DNA of 64,000 bases from Eledone cirrhosa (GCA_964016885.1 OZ024741.1:223262001-223326000); one strand, 5' to 3'. Shown: positions 1 to 13,037, counted from the stretch's first letter. The notes: generated by a model not told the origin, from the sequence alone. Numbers and translations are program-made.

Positions 1-1010
1 CTTTACTGACAGCTCCTCTCTATATGGTTTACACTGCTCTCACAAATTGTTCTAAATCTAGTTTCCTTTAGGGCTGTCAAAGGCCTTCTCCAGATCAACA
101 AAATCTAGATATAGGGGTTTACACTTAGCTAGGAACTTTTGTTGTAGTTGTTTCCCTAAAAAGAGGGCATCTGTGATGCTCCTCCATGGCACAAAACCGA
201 ACTGCACCTCATCTATTTGATTCTTTCCCTAATTAGTTTCTTTCACTTTCATGACAGGGTCCATTAGTTTTATACCTCTGTAGTTGTTCATTTCCAGAGC
301 AACACCTTTTCCCTTGTAACAATTAAGTCATTGAGTATAACCTGATTAATTATGCAGGTGACTAGTTTGACTCCTACTTCCCCAAAAGATTTCAGTACCT
401 CAGCAACTATCTCTGATGGAATGGCTGCCTTACTATTTTTCATCTTCTTAACTGCTTCTTTGATCCTATAAGAGTCAATTTCAATAGCTGGTCCCTCTGT
501 TGGGTCAGTCTCTCTTCCTCACATTCATTAGTCTCTTATTGTAGCATTTCCAGGCCTTTTCCTTTTGAGTACCAGTGATGCTAAATGCACCAGTGTCATT
601 TCAAATGAACTTTTCTCCAACTACATCTTGATTCACACTGACACACTACTTTGCATGTCTCTGATCCTCACAATAGAGGACACTGGCAAACTTGATGCTT
701 TCAGTCTCTTTGCATGCTTTGTATAACTATTATCTAGTTTTTCTTTTAACTACTTAGTAGTGATCTTTGCTACCCCCATTTTTCCACACCTGTCTCTTGG
801 TTTTGAACAGCTCTATTCATGGTTCTGTTTCAGCACCAGGTCACATTCTGTATAGTGGGTGCTTTGCTCCAGTGATAAGTCTTTTTTAGGTTATCCTGTG
901 GGAACTTCATCATATGCATTAAACTCTCCCCCACTCATGCATCACATAGAGCTTTCCTGAACCTATATTTAACAGAAATGTCATTTAGCTTCCATAAATT
1001 CCTCGACTGC
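1..1010 (-). mobile_element. Degenerate RTE-clade LINE fragment (linker to RT N-terminus), runs off the window edge
   Basis: Reverse strand of ~75-225 reads QIDEVQFGFVPWRSITDALFLGKQLQQKFLAKCKPLYLDFVDLEKAFD, homologous to QFGFVSGKSTTDALFLVRQLQEKYLAKSKPLYLAFVDLEKAFD of the RTE at 29469; many stops and frameshifts. Confidence 0.85.
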
Positions 1011-1443
1011 TTCACCATAGTTAGACTATATAGTATGACTATCATCATCATCATATAACATTCATATTCCCTGCTAGGAAGGGCTGATCGGACTTCACAG
1101 ACCAAGACAAGTACTCAAGTGGATACTGACCTCTCAAATGAACCTGGGGCCTACCTCTTACATATATTCCCATGCTTGCTCTAATGAGTGCATTTTATCA
1201 TGGCATCAACACTAACGAGGTTGTCACGTCTTTGACATGGCTGAAGAGTCCTCCAAATCCTTAGTTTGGCAGGTTTTCTATGGCTCAATACCCTTCCGAT
1301 CACCAACGACTTTGCAGAGTGTAAAGGGTGCATTTATTCTGTAGACACTAACACTAGGAAGGTTGACATGTCTTTGACACAACTGAAAAGTCCTTCTGAC
1401 CCTATATATTTATTTATTCATAACCTTCGCTGTACTGGTACTG

Positions 1444-1866
1444 TCATCATCATCATCATCATCAACGTTTAACGTCCGTGTTCCACGCTTGCATGGGTTT
1501 GGACGGGGGTAGTCCCACTTGAGGCAAGAGTGATTGTCTTGCTCGCATAGGACTGTCTGGCAGGTTTTCTACAGTTGGATGCCCTTCCTAACACCAACCA
1601 CATTTACAGTGTGGGTCTGGGAGGTTTTTACCGTGTTGCCTACACGGCCACATTTACAGCGTGGACTGTGTGTTTTTTGTCGTGACACCTACACGATCTC
1701 ATTTGTTTCGGCCTGGATGGCGCGGCACCAACATAACTTTACATAGAACGGGGTGGTGTGGATGAGGTGGGGTGGTGGTGGGACGGGGTGTATTTTGTTA
1801 GAGATGCCTACTGGCTGGAGTAGGTTTTACTATATATTTAGGTAAGGCGGGTCTTCTCTGTTACTG
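1444..1866 (-). mobile_element. 5'-truncated copy of the RTE 3' end (last codons, 3'UTR, (TGA)n tail)
   Basis: Reverse complement aligns along its length with 30770-31180 (AGAAGACCCGCC...CAGTAGGCA...GTTGGTGTTAGGAAGGGCATCCA...GACGTTAAA(TGA)n). Confidence 0.85.
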
Positions 1867-1924
1867 ATTAATTATAATATAGTATTAAAATATATTCACC
1901 ATTAACTGATAAATCCACTCTGAA

Positions 1925-2148
1925 TCATCATCATCATTATCAACTCTTTTGCATTGGTTTCTCCATGCTTGCATGGGTTGAACAGGTCTTTTCCAACATT
2001 GCATTCTTGTATTATTTCCTCATGAAGTTCAGCTTTTTACGATCCATTCTTACCAACTTCTGCACAGGTTTTCTTTGGCCTTTTTCTACTGCAGTTTTAT
2101 TTCACTGGGAGCTCCCGGCACCTTTTATTGACTCATGACTTCCATACG
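1925..2148 (-). mobile_element. Old RTE-like 3' end remnant
   Basis: (TCA)n followed by CCATGCTTGCATGGGTT tail motif, and a decayed RPKKT-type C-terminal coding trace on the minus strand. Confidence 0.5.
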
Positions 2149-4485
2149 ATTCGTGAGATTAAACATTTATTGAAAATTCAACAACAGGAAAAGCGAAAAG
2201 ACATTTGATTCTAGAAAATATTTTATTAGAAAACCTTGGCCGTTTTAAAGTAACCAAACCTTGGGCATCTTAAAACAACCAAACTTTGAGCAGGAGTAAT
2301 TTCTAGTCACAATTCAAGTAAAGGGATGTAAAGTGTCTAAGAGTATCAGCAGAAGATTTATGGGTGGACATTATTGTTTGTAATTAAAACTTCCTTATAT
2401 TTTCAAGTAATTATTTCTATACTAAAATTTTGGTTACATGAGCAGCATATAAAATTTCACTAAAAAAATATAAGTTTATACATTTAAAAAATTACCTCTA
2501 GCTTCTACTGTTTGAGAATATTTTATATGAAACAGCAGCCAGATTTGGTAAGTTTTCAAAGAAGCTGGTAAACAAGAAGATTAAAACAAGATTAAACCTA
2601 AAGTAATCTTTCATAATTACCTAAAATAAAATATTAAAAGGTCTTTGTTCAAACTTTGGATGTTAATTTATTTTGAACTTGGTAAATACTTAATGTAACT
2701 AAAAATGTTACACTCAACAACCCAATTTAACATTCAGCCCTAATACTGACAAAATCCAAATAGCAATTCTAATAAAGGTAATATAATCTCACACTTGCAT
2801 GCAATTACATGTGAAATAATATATATATTGTTTCTTCTGGCTCTACATCATAACATAATTTATCAGATGAGAAATACAGAGAGAAGGTGGTGGAAGGGTG
2901 TCTCACATAGAGGTTAAACAAAACAATGGAAGATGTTTAAACTGGTGTAGTTTTCAAAAACCTAAGATGAGGGAGGATATCAGTAAAAGAACATTTCGAT
3001 GCTGATACAAGATGGGATGTGATGAAGGTGGCTAAATCAAAGGTAGCCATGATAGATATCACTATAAAGAAAAGTGGTGTTGACAGTGTGATAATGTTTT
3101 CATCCAACTGTTGACAGATAAAGTTGAAAATCAGTGACATCAACTAACATATACATACTGCAGTGTTGTTCCACCATCAAACCTTTATTCCTGTAAGTAG
3201 AGAAAACATTTTATTTGAAATATATATATATGCTAGCGTGGAAGATGGACAACGTTAAACGGTGATGATGATGATATACTACAATAAAATAGAAAAACAA
3301 CCTTAGTTCTAAACTGGAAATGTAGAAAGAACTGTTTTCTTTAAATCTTATTGGTTTACACAGAGAGAGATCTATGAACATATTGTTATAGCTAACTGTT
3401 AACACTGAACTGGGTTCCAAAAGACCTGATAATGAGAATATTTAACCAATTCAAATAGCAACACACCTGTTCTTCTGTTTTCTCAGATTTTTCCTAAAAA
3501 ATAAGAATATAAACAGGAATAATTTATATGGTATTGATTTTCTTTTTCTCTTTGATCAAAATTATTTACTGAGAAAATAACATTTTCTACTTAAACTATT
3601 TTAACTAATAAGAATTAATAAACAGTTTGATAGAAATAACATTTTTTAGGTTTTAGTCTTAAGAAAAAACGCAAAATTGCAATATATAGCTAGTCAAAGA
3701 TTTTAAATGTTATAGCATCTCTAAAAGTATTCATACAGAAAATGTGTTTAATTTTCAGCAAATTAATTGACATCACATAATGCAATCTGACTGAATCAAC
3801 AGATTTTTCAAAACAATTCTTTTAACTATTTGTAATAGCTACAGAATATAACCAGATCTGCCTGTAATGTGTTTTAACCCCATAACAGTAAAAAAGGGTA
3901 AGATTTCATACTCTAGAGTTTACCACCAACACCAAGGTTGGGTAAAGCAAAATAAATAATGAAATAATAACGTCATTTGAAAAATAATTAAAACCGACAA
4001 AATAATATTTATTGTAAAATATCTCATTAAATGTAAAAAATAAAAAAAAAAAATAAAAAGAATAACAGCTAAAAAGATGACCTTACAAACTATAAGAGAC
4101 AACAATACAATAACCAGTGGGTGGTGTTTAAAACCACAGCTGCAAACCAAGATTACTGCAACCTTAGTGAAGAAAGATTACAACTAAAGCAATCAACTTA
4201 ATAAGAAACATAGTTTTCTTCTGTAAGAAGCAAAATTACAAGAGAAGAAAACTACTTGACAAATAATAGTGATGTCTAGCATCTACTGCAAATGTTTAAA
4301 TCAGTCTTCAGCTTTAGTCCAATCACTGTAGTTCCCAATTTGTATTTCTTTGGTGAGATATTAACTATTTAATTCATTGATACAAACATTTCATAAATTT
4401 GAAGTGCGTCAATATATTTGGTGTGGGTATGTGTGAAGGAATTTTGTGGTTAAAATCTTAAAGAAAGGGTATATGAGCACAGCAA

Positions 4486-4536
4486 TTATGCAATTGCAGT
4501 TTTGATCCTTGTCGAGCCAGTATAATTTGAACCTAT
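4486..4536 (-). CDS. Candidate terminal exon of the minus-strand host gene (IGSNYTGSTRIKTAIA*), probably followed by a long 3'UTR toward ~2160
   Basis: Acceptor tcttgaatttttcAG|ATA GGT; phase-0 reading gives 16 aa then TAA. 2150-4480 is nearly repeat-free and has a minus-strand AATAAA at ~2166-2171. Confidence 0.4.
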   Translation of the reverse strand: MGSNYTGSTRIKTAIA

Positions 4537-5785
4537 CTGAAAAATTCAAGACTTCACTTTTATCAGAGCCAATAGGACTAATAAAAATCAAAATCACAAC
4601 ACTGATCACCGATCTTATGCTTTATTTAATCTAGGATTTTACCAGTAAAATTCCTTCCAACTGAGACAAACATATATTTACATTAACCTAATTTATGAAT
4701 TTATCTGCTGTATGGTACTTCTGTAATTTTAATCACAAGTATTTCCATATGAAGCAAATGATTTTATTAGGTGAAACATACAGCCTCAGTTCAATGACTG
4801 CAGCAGTACTTTGTTCATATAATAATGTTGTTGATAAGTTCATGTTGGTGTGTTCATGTGATAACATTGATATGTGCAAAGTGGTTGTTCTTTTCAAATG
4901 TAACACAATTAGACAATATTATGGCAAGCTGTTAAACGTTTAAGATACAATAGCTAGAGTTGGGGGAATGTGATGATGGTCTATTTTGGCATACTTCCCA
5001 GAATCATCAACTGGTGTTAACTTGAATACTGATTATTCCAGCACCTCTCACAAGTTCATTGATATTTTATCACATACACATATGTCTATAGGTGGCAAAT
5101 TTTCAGTGTTGTTAGAAGGTTGAATAGAAGGCTTCACAGTATTTACTCTGGTTTTCTGGGCTCTGAGTTCTAATTTCACCAAGGTCAACTTTGATTTTCA
5201 TCCTTTATTTTGCTTTATTACTAACTCTTTCTCTATTTATATTGAAACTGAAAATGACATGTAAGCCCAATGCTAATTCGTAAATTTCCTAGAAACCATT
5301 AATGGAATTGGAATTTTTTTTGTCCACAGCAATGCGAGGGGACTAACTAATGAGTGCTGCAAATTTCAGGGAAATCAGCTGGATCATCTTTATGTTATGC
5401 CTCAAAAAAGCCTAAAAAATGCAGTTTTTCGCCTAATGCAGGGCCTAGGGCAGAAAAAGTTAAAATTTAGCCCATTGCAATTCAAGAAATATAAGTAACG
5501 CATGTGTACTTCTTGAGTTTTAGGGAGTTACACAGACAGACATCCTCTGCTTTATATATGGAGATTAATGCACTGCAAGTGTTTGAAATTTAATATCATG
5601 AGTCCCAAATGCAGAAAATAATTGTAGTAATAGTCGATCACTATAAATAATAATTGAGAAAACTTTGTAAATTACACTTGGAGATGGAAAAGCAATGGAC
5701 AGAGACACCTACAAGGAATCGAAACCCATATCTTTTGAATAGTGTGAGTGTATTCGGATGCCATACTTTGAAAAAAAGAGTTATG

Positions 5786-5920
5786 GCCCTTTATGGTCTG
5801 AGTTCAAATCCCGCCAAGGTTAACTTTGCCTTTCCTCCTTACAGGGTCGATAAAATAAAGTATCAGTAATTCACTGATATAATTGCTGGCCTTGTGCCAA
5901 AAAGTAGAAACAATTATCAT
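5786..5920 (+). mobile_element. tRNA-derived SINE family B, 5'-truncated, plus strand
   Basis: B box GAGTTCAAATC, central CTTTGCCTTTCCTCCTTACAGGGTCGATAAAATAAAGTA, tail CTGGCCTTGTGCCAAAAAGTAGAAACAATTAT. Confidence 0.8.
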
Positions 5921-6825
5921 TAAGCTAAGGAGTGACTGACACTCTTCCCATCGTTTTTAGGATGATATACTACTCTCAAGCGCTACTGGTAACATGTAAT
6001 CCAATACAACTTGTCACAAGGTTGTGTCACCGGCAAGTAAATCAGCTTGCTTGGTAAGGAGGACAATTTTTATACACATTGCAAGATAAAAAACAAAGCC
6101 TGTGTGAAAAACAGGAAGACAGAGGTCGTCAGCCTAGGTTGGCAGTCTGTTTAGGAGGATCACTTTGATTTCAAAGCCAGGGTAAATTGAACTTCGTAAT
6201 CACCCTGATAACACCCTTTCAAATAGCCAATGGCTTCATCCTTGTAATGAAGGCTGATGAACTGTGGACCAGTTTCTGAGTAATAGTTGGATGATGATTC
6301 AGGACCCACGTCACTTTTTTCCCCAATGATAATCATGGACATATGGCATCTAATAGGCAATTGTCCATGGTCACTGACTCCTAGCAATGGACCAGAAACT
6401 ATTCAGCTTGTTCAATATCTTATAGGCACCTCTGTCCACTTTTTTTCCATCTCTAAGGGTGATTTACCCAATTTTCTCAACTAATAATTATAGTCAGTTA
6501 TTTTCTGTGTTTGGGACTCACACATTTTAGTAATAAGTTTGTATCTAGGTAGAGGTAGAGTATTGTGCCCTGTCGATAGGATAGAATCCATTTCCCCAGC
6601 CCTCTATGTTTCCCTTTACGATCTGTTGATAACCGAGATTGAGAAGTAGCGGAGGAGTAGATCAAGATTGAATGTTCTCATACCTGAACCTTCTGTCTTT
6701 CAAGCATCTGAAAATATTTGTTGGGGTCTCATTGGTACCAACAGATTACAAGTTATCATATCTCTCCCTCTAGCCTGATGAGTAGAGAGGTTTCAAACAG
6801 AGAAATTGCATTATTTTCTCTATAG

Positions 6826-7146
6826 TATACATGCAACCTGTAACTCCTGGTGGAGTCATAGGGATTCCATGGTAACATACATCTGGGGTACTTTAAATCT
6901 GGTGGAGCCCATCTCCTTTCCAAGTCTGAACACAGCCAATCTCTGTGAGTATGTGAGAGAGAGGTGGGGTGAAAAGGATATATAGAGGAAGAATCAACCC
7001 CAGTACTGGGCTGGTATATTTTTTATGAACCTAAAAAGAATGAAAGGCAAAGCTGATCTTGGCTGAATTTGAGTGCAGAGAGTCGAAACAAATATTGCAA
7101 AGCCTTCTAACTGACATTCTAATGACTCTGCCAATTTGCCGCCTCC
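6826..7146 (-). mobile_element. SINE with family-B head/body but a different 3' tail (variant C); other copies ~15042-15268, ~19532-19815, ~52850-53144
   Basis: GAAAGGCAAAGCTGATCTTGGC...CTGCCAATTTGCCGCC body joined via a GA-rich linker to CCTGTAACTCCTGGTGGAGTCATAGGG, a block repeated at ~19556 and ~52860. Confidence 0.65.
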
Positions 7147-8475
7147 ATTATCTCTATTAAACTAAAAAAAAAAAAGCAAAAAAAAACAACAAATAAACAA
7201 GAGAAAATTACTTAATCTACACTGAAAGCTAAAGCTAAAAAGCTGGAAATATTGGAATAATTATTCTAAAGAAAAAGAAAAAAAAACAAAACTAGCAACA
7301 CTTAACAATATAGTAAATGTAAAATGCAAAATAAACTGAAAGAGATCTGTAATCAGAGTGATATAATGATCATATCAGCAGTGGGTGGGGAAAGAATGCT
7401 TAAAACTATTGACCAAAATATAGGAGGTTTCACACATTTGGGATACCAACTAATTTGAGGCCAGCCTGTAAAAATATATCAAAATCTATGACAAGAATTT
7501 AATCTTGCATTTTCAAACATTGTATAAGAATAAAAATCACAGAACAACAATGCTACATATTTTTTTCTTCTTTTTGCTAAACACACTTTAACTGTGAAAA
7601 TTGAAACATTTTTATTATGAAAAATAGGGTTAGTAAAGGGTTAAACACAGAGACCTACTATTATATCTATATCTATCTACAATATATATATATATGTGTT
7701 AGTTGGTTGGTGAAGGGTTGTTGACCAATTCCAAGTAGCAGCCAGTACTATCATTAGGGAATTATTTGACATTCTTTGAAACAGTCCCAGAAGCTTTAAC
7801 ACACCAATGAACATTAAACATACCAATTTTATACCAAGATCTGAGATAAAAGTTGTGATCTTCATGCCTTTCCCATTACCTTCATCAAACCAAACATGAA
7901 AGAATCATCAGCATTTTACTGTCCACTGATTGTTGTTGTTTTTGACAAAGCCTTCAGACAGGTCTTCCTCACAGGCTTATTTCCACTCTATGATAGTTTT
8001 TATTGTCCTAAAATTGTGCAAAGATATGTCTGAGCCATTCACACATGAGAGCCAGAATATGTGTCAGTTATCAACATGTTAAGGCAGAGTTGTTAGGGTT
8101 TCACATTAAAAATGCAAAAATATTTATTCTGGATCAACTCTGTCTTTCATCCTTTCAAAGTTGATAAATAAAGTGCCAGTCCAATACTATGGTTAATTCC
8201 TTCTCTTTCTCTGGAAGAAATCAGCTGTGTTCTACCTGAAGAGGGATGGGCTCTGCCAAATGTAAAATACCCAAGACACACCATGTGTTAGCAAGGTACC
8301 CTTACAATTTCATCGGAAATTAAGGACCCTTTACCTACCATCAACATACTACATTACAGAACCCCAGATATTTCTATGTTAATAAATCGACAAACCAGTC
8401 CCACTGCTGTGAGTGAAATCAAACACCAACATGGGATTGGAATCAGAGAGGTATTTATTAGCTTACTATGTGTAG

Positions 8476-8745
8476 TTACATGGCCTAGTAGTTAGTGTGC
8501 TGGGCTTATGGTCATAACATAATAAGTTTGATTCTTGGACCAGGTGGCACATTGTGTTCTTGAGAAAAACACTTCACTCCTGTCCACTCAGCTGAAAATG
8601 AGTATCAGCAGTAACTGTAGTGGTTGACCCTGTGATGGATTGGTGTCCTGTTCAAGGGAAGTCTTTACTCCCAGTTGCCTAATCTCACTAGAAACTAGAG
8701 TAAGCACTGGCCATATGAGCTTCCAGGCTTGAAACAGACTAACTT
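8476..8745 (+). mobile_element. CORE-type tRNA SINE with CCTGTGATGGA-type tail; second copy ~52568-52850
   Basis: A box TGGCCTAGTAG, B-like AGTTTGATTC, CORE-like TTCTTGAGAAAAACACTT...CTCAGCTGAAAATGAG, then CCCTGTGATGGATTGGTGTCCTGTTCAAGGG. Confidence 0.7.
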
Positions 8746-9184
8746 TATCCCAGTATTTTAGAATAGGTACACTGTACCCTTTCATATCATAAAAGGTGAC
8801 TAAAATGTTTGGCATCAGGAACAGCATCTGGTTGCCAAACATTGCCTTGAAATGTCCCGTTCAACCTGTACCAGCATGGAAAAATGGACATAAAAGCAGC
8901 GATGATTATGATGATGATGATTTTTCTGAAAGCCTTAAAATGAATAAAAGATGAAGAATGATTGGCAGCTGAATTTTTCAAATGAGGAATTGACTTTGAT
9001 GGAATCCTTTTCAAAAACCCTTTGTTGTTAGTGGAGTTGTAAGGAGAGAAACACTGAAATATCAGAAGAGATAGGAAGCTGTTTGTAGACTTAAGAGAAG
9101 GGTTAGTATTTATAGTTTAGTTTGATCTGAAAAAAAGAGTAGAGAGGAGAAAAAGGAGATAAATATTGGATAACTGGATTATCC

Positions 9185-9481
9185 TCATGCTTTAATAACC
9201 TCTTCTTCGGCTTCTTTACTCTTTTCCATTTCCTCTGTTTCTTTCTCATTTTCTTTTTCATTTTCTTTTTCATTATCATCCTTTTTCTCCTTCTCTTCCT
9301 CTTCTTTCACTTCAGCTTTCTCCTCCTGTGTTTCTTCAGTTTTTTCTTCATCTTTTTCCAATTCTTTTTCCTCCTCAATTTTCACCACCTCCTTCTCCTC
9401 CTCGTCTTTCACCACCTTCTCCTCCTCGTCTTTCACCACCTTCTCCTCCTCGTCTTTCACCACCTTCTCTTCCACCTCTTC
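9185..9481 (-). CDS. Glu/Lys-rich terminal exon (98 aa) of the minus-strand host gene
   Basis: Acceptor ctctattccAG|GAA GAG GTG in phase 0; open to TGA at 9185-9187; EEVEEKVVKDEEEKVVKDEEE...EEEVIKA*; contains a 24-nt tandem repeat. Confidence 0.75.
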   Translation of the reverse strand, partial: EEVEEKVVKDEEEKVVKDEEEKVVKDEEEKEVVKIEEEKELEKDEEKTEETQEEKAEVKEEEEKEKKDDNEKENEKENEKETEEMEKSKEAEEEVIKA

Positions 9482-9611
9482 CTGGAATAGAGATTGGATT
9501 TCAAAAGCAAAGATTACAAATGGACATTGTCCTTTCTGTTGTCAGTTAGTTAGAACTGCTACCCCTCTCAAATATACTATGACATGATAACAATTCATAA
9601 TAATGACAATG

Positions 9612-9733
9612 AATAATAATAATAATAATTGTTTCTACTTTAGGCACAAGGCCAGCAATTACCCAGTACGTTACTGGTACTTTATTTTATCGACCCCGTA
9701 AGGACAAAAGGCAAAGTTAACCTCGGCGGGATT
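9612..9733 (-). mobile_element. Young SINE family B, 5'-truncated at the B box
   Basis: (AAT)n-TGTTTCTACTTTAGGCACAAGGCCAGCAATTACCCAG...AACCTCGGCGGGATT, near-identical to copies at 18004, 35572 and 36679. Confidence 0.85.
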
Positions 9734-10826
9734 TAATAATTATTTCATTTATTGGCCACAAGGGCCGACATGTAGGGGACAATACAAAGACAGGGACAGT
9801 GGGGGTTTACAATAAGGTCGAGTAAAAGTCCCCAATGGCAAGACTAATTTAACAATGAAGATATAAAAATATAAAATAAACTATGCATAAATATAACAAA
9901 ATAAATTCCCCTATAGGGGTGGACGACCCAGGGGTGACTCAGGTACCTCACCAATCCTGAACCACCCTGCGCTTCTAGGGCACCCAGGGAGAGCACCCCT
10001 CTCCTCAAGTTAGCTAGCCTATAGGCGTATGGTTAGAGTAGGCCCATTCACACGGGCCATTCTCGTCACATTCCTCTACCTTTTAGCAAATGTACTGGGG
10101 CCAGCACTTCTCTCTCCACTCTCACCTTCCTTTCCAGGTGAAACTTGAAGAAGTTGATGAGGGATTGGCCGAAGAGAAAAGTGTCTGTCTTCAGTCATTT
10201 TAACCTGGTTCACCATATAACCTCTTTCCCAACGGCCACCAGTCAAAGGAAAATTGCCTGCTCTTCCTGACCAAAGGAAGGTGGCGGGTCGATCTTCACT
10301 ATGGACTCGGCTGATAGCTGGATCTGTTCCACACGCGACAGTAGCTGTTCGACATAACTCCACAAGTCAGTAATGCACGGACATTGGACAAGTGTGTGCA
10401 GAACGGTTTCGTCACTCTGCGCGCATCCCAGGCAGGTCCGTCTGACAGCACTTCCATGCCTGTAGAGTTTACCCCGAACCGGCAGTGCCCCCTCGGTAGC
10501 ACTGCCAAGTGAGGGATTTCTGGAAATTGTCCATCGTCCCCGCTTGGTAGAGGGCAGTGAGTGCCTGGCAACATTCCAGGTGCCAGTCACCCAGTCTCGG
10601 TCTCTTCTTGACCCAGGACTGCAGCCCAGTCAAAGAAACGAGCTGCGGAAAGGCCTGTCTGATAAACAGCGACCTCACCTGTTCACCGTTTAGGTAGAAT
10701 ATTTGGAGATGTCGCAGCCTCAGCGCATGTCTGCGCATCATTAGCCACGGCATGCCCAGCCCTCCGCGTAGAGGGTGCTGGCAGCAGATGGACCGCCTCA
10801 CCAATGGAACTTGTCCTTTCCACAAG
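9734..10826 (-). mobile_element. 5'-truncated L1/Tx1-clade non-LTR retrotransposon (ORF2 C-terminus plus 3'UTR), frameshifted
   Basis: WKGQVPLVRRSICCQHPLRGGLGMP (post-RT GGLG motif of L1/Tx1) and zinc knuckle CLGCAQSDETVLHTLVQC; GC-rich island; ends AATAAATGAAATAATTATT on the minus strand. Confidence 0.8.
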
Positions 10827-10827
10827 G

Positions 10828-11041
10828 TAATAATAATTTATGCACAAGGTCAACAATTTGTGGGGAGGGGAAGTCAATTACATTTACTCCAGTATGTGAC
10901 TGGTACTTTATTTTATCAACTTCAGAAGGATGAAAGGCAAAGTTGACCTTGATGGGATATGAACTCAGAATGTAAAGGGTCGTAACTAAATGTTGCACAG
11001 CATTGTGTTTGACACTGACAATTCTGTCAATCCACCACCCT
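10828..11041 (-). mobile_element. Older full-length SINE family B
   Basis: Tail GCACAAGGTC, body CTGGTACTTTATTTTATC...GAAAGGCAAAGTTGACC, B box rc TGAACTC, head rc CAATCCACCACCC. Confidence 0.8.
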
Positions 11042-13037
11042 AGAACAACAATAATAAGTGTTTGCCTATTAGTAGTTTGCCTCAAACAAAATTCCAGATA
11101 GGTCATTTGATTAAACAAGTAATGTATAAACAGGCATAAAAAATAAAACAGGAGAGGGGAACAAACTATCAGGTAGACCCCACAAAATAGTCTTCAATGT
11201 TCTAAAAGTTCAAAGAAAAATCATGAGAAGGAAGAATATAGAGAAATATGGCAGTTTACAATGAATGTTGTTCAAGGTTTAACCATCGTATTTAAACAGG
11301 ACAAGAAATGTCAAGTGATGAAAACAGATGGAAATTTAAACAATGCTGATTGTAATTGTGTCACTAGTTTTCTCTCAAACTGATAAAGATATTTTTACAA
11401 GAAAATTACAAAAAGGTTATGTAATCAGATGGTTCAGAGTTGGAGATATGTTTCCTTCATACAAAAATGTTTAAGTTATACAAATTTTTATACTTTTTCA
11501 CCCCTCGCCACAACTTTACACAAATGCATGTCTTTACTTTCTACAAAACTGTTATAGAAATACATCTTTGTTTTAATGCAAAATTTGTTTGTTCTTAATA
11601 CTTCCTAATAGAATAAATGGAGGAAGCCAATACTGTAGTATCTATATGAGCAAATAATTAGCTGTCCCCTAGTTAACACAGTGATTTATCAGCAGTCATC
11701 ATTCATTGAACATTCTATTAGAAAAAATAAGGAACATTTGAATCAGCAATATTGTCTGTATGTCCCACAGCATGGGCAAAGAAGTAGAGCAGGCAGAAAC
11801 TAAGCTATGTGAAACATATTGCAGGTTGCCTTAGTCATGACATCTTACCCAAAGAGAGTGAAATACAGGAAGTTACCAGGGACAGAGTGACATGGAGATC
11901 TGTTAGTAAGGCCACCTCATGTTTCTTCTCACCATGATAAGACAGAACTTACTTAGTTTTTAATATCAGACTAGATGGAATAAAGTGTTTACTTTAATTT
12001 GCTTGCATTTTAAGATTCAAATCTTTCTAAAGTCAACTTTGGATTTTATCCCTTCAGAGTCAATGAAAAAAAAAAAACAATCAAAATATGTACTAGTAAT
12101 ATACTAGAAAGACAGTTGATTTGGCAGAGTGGTTAGAGCATTGAATATTTGTTCCAGATCTCTACATTTTGAGTTTAAACCCCTTCAACGTTCACTATAC
12201 CTTTATTTTTTCAGGACCCAGTAGAGAAAGTACCAGCCCAGTGCTGGATTAAGGAAGGGTCAAGAGGGTGTCTATGCCTGTTTCTGACCGCATGGGCACC
12301 TAAAATCCTTAGCAGAAGAATGGTACATATTACCAAGTTGTACTTGATTGTGAGTGCTAGCTGAAGTTTTAGAGAACTGGAAGTCAGTTCAATAGAATGT
12401 ATACCCACATTTTCCATGGAAATCAATATTTTATAACACTGAAGAAAGCCTTAATGGAGGAAGGAATCTAGTAAGTATTTCAAATGAAATAGATAAAATA
12501 GTAAAAGGCTTTCCTTTTTATGGCAGTAGCATTAACTAATGTTCATTTGAAAATAGAGTGAAGTATTTTGAGCCCCTATCCAATGTAACGGAATCACACC
12601 CATTGACTTTGAATACTAGGTTATAGTTTTGTGTTGAGAAGGGAGGATGGAGTGCAAGGCTAGCAATCTTACTTCCATTAATTAAAGTAGCTACACAAAC
12701 GATGAAGGTTGCCCAATACTCCAAAGGGAGCCAAAAAACTAAAGAAAAAGAAAGCGAAACTCAAGATAGGTTTAGATTTTTTTTTAAATTATGTTTTAAA
12801 AATTATATTTTAAACATCATTGTTTTTGTCAATCATTGCTACCATCCACTCTTTCATGAGTGAAGAACTGAAATGATAAATGACAGTGATGAAATTCTAG
12901 GATGAGAATCTTATCTAGACATCATGTTTGGAAGTGTAACATTGTGCAACAGTGAAAAACAACACATTTTAAACAGAGGCAGCTACAAGGAGGAAATCTA
13001 AAACTGTACAATGTCTTTTTCTATGTGCATATGTTAC

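Noticed and set aside
5930-6490. Possible old LINE 5'UTR and endonuclease remnants
   Set aside because: Only faint motif resemblance; too decayed to call.
6775-6820. CTGATGAG...GAAA hammerhead-like spacing
   Set aside because: No convincing stems; such short motifs are expected by chance.
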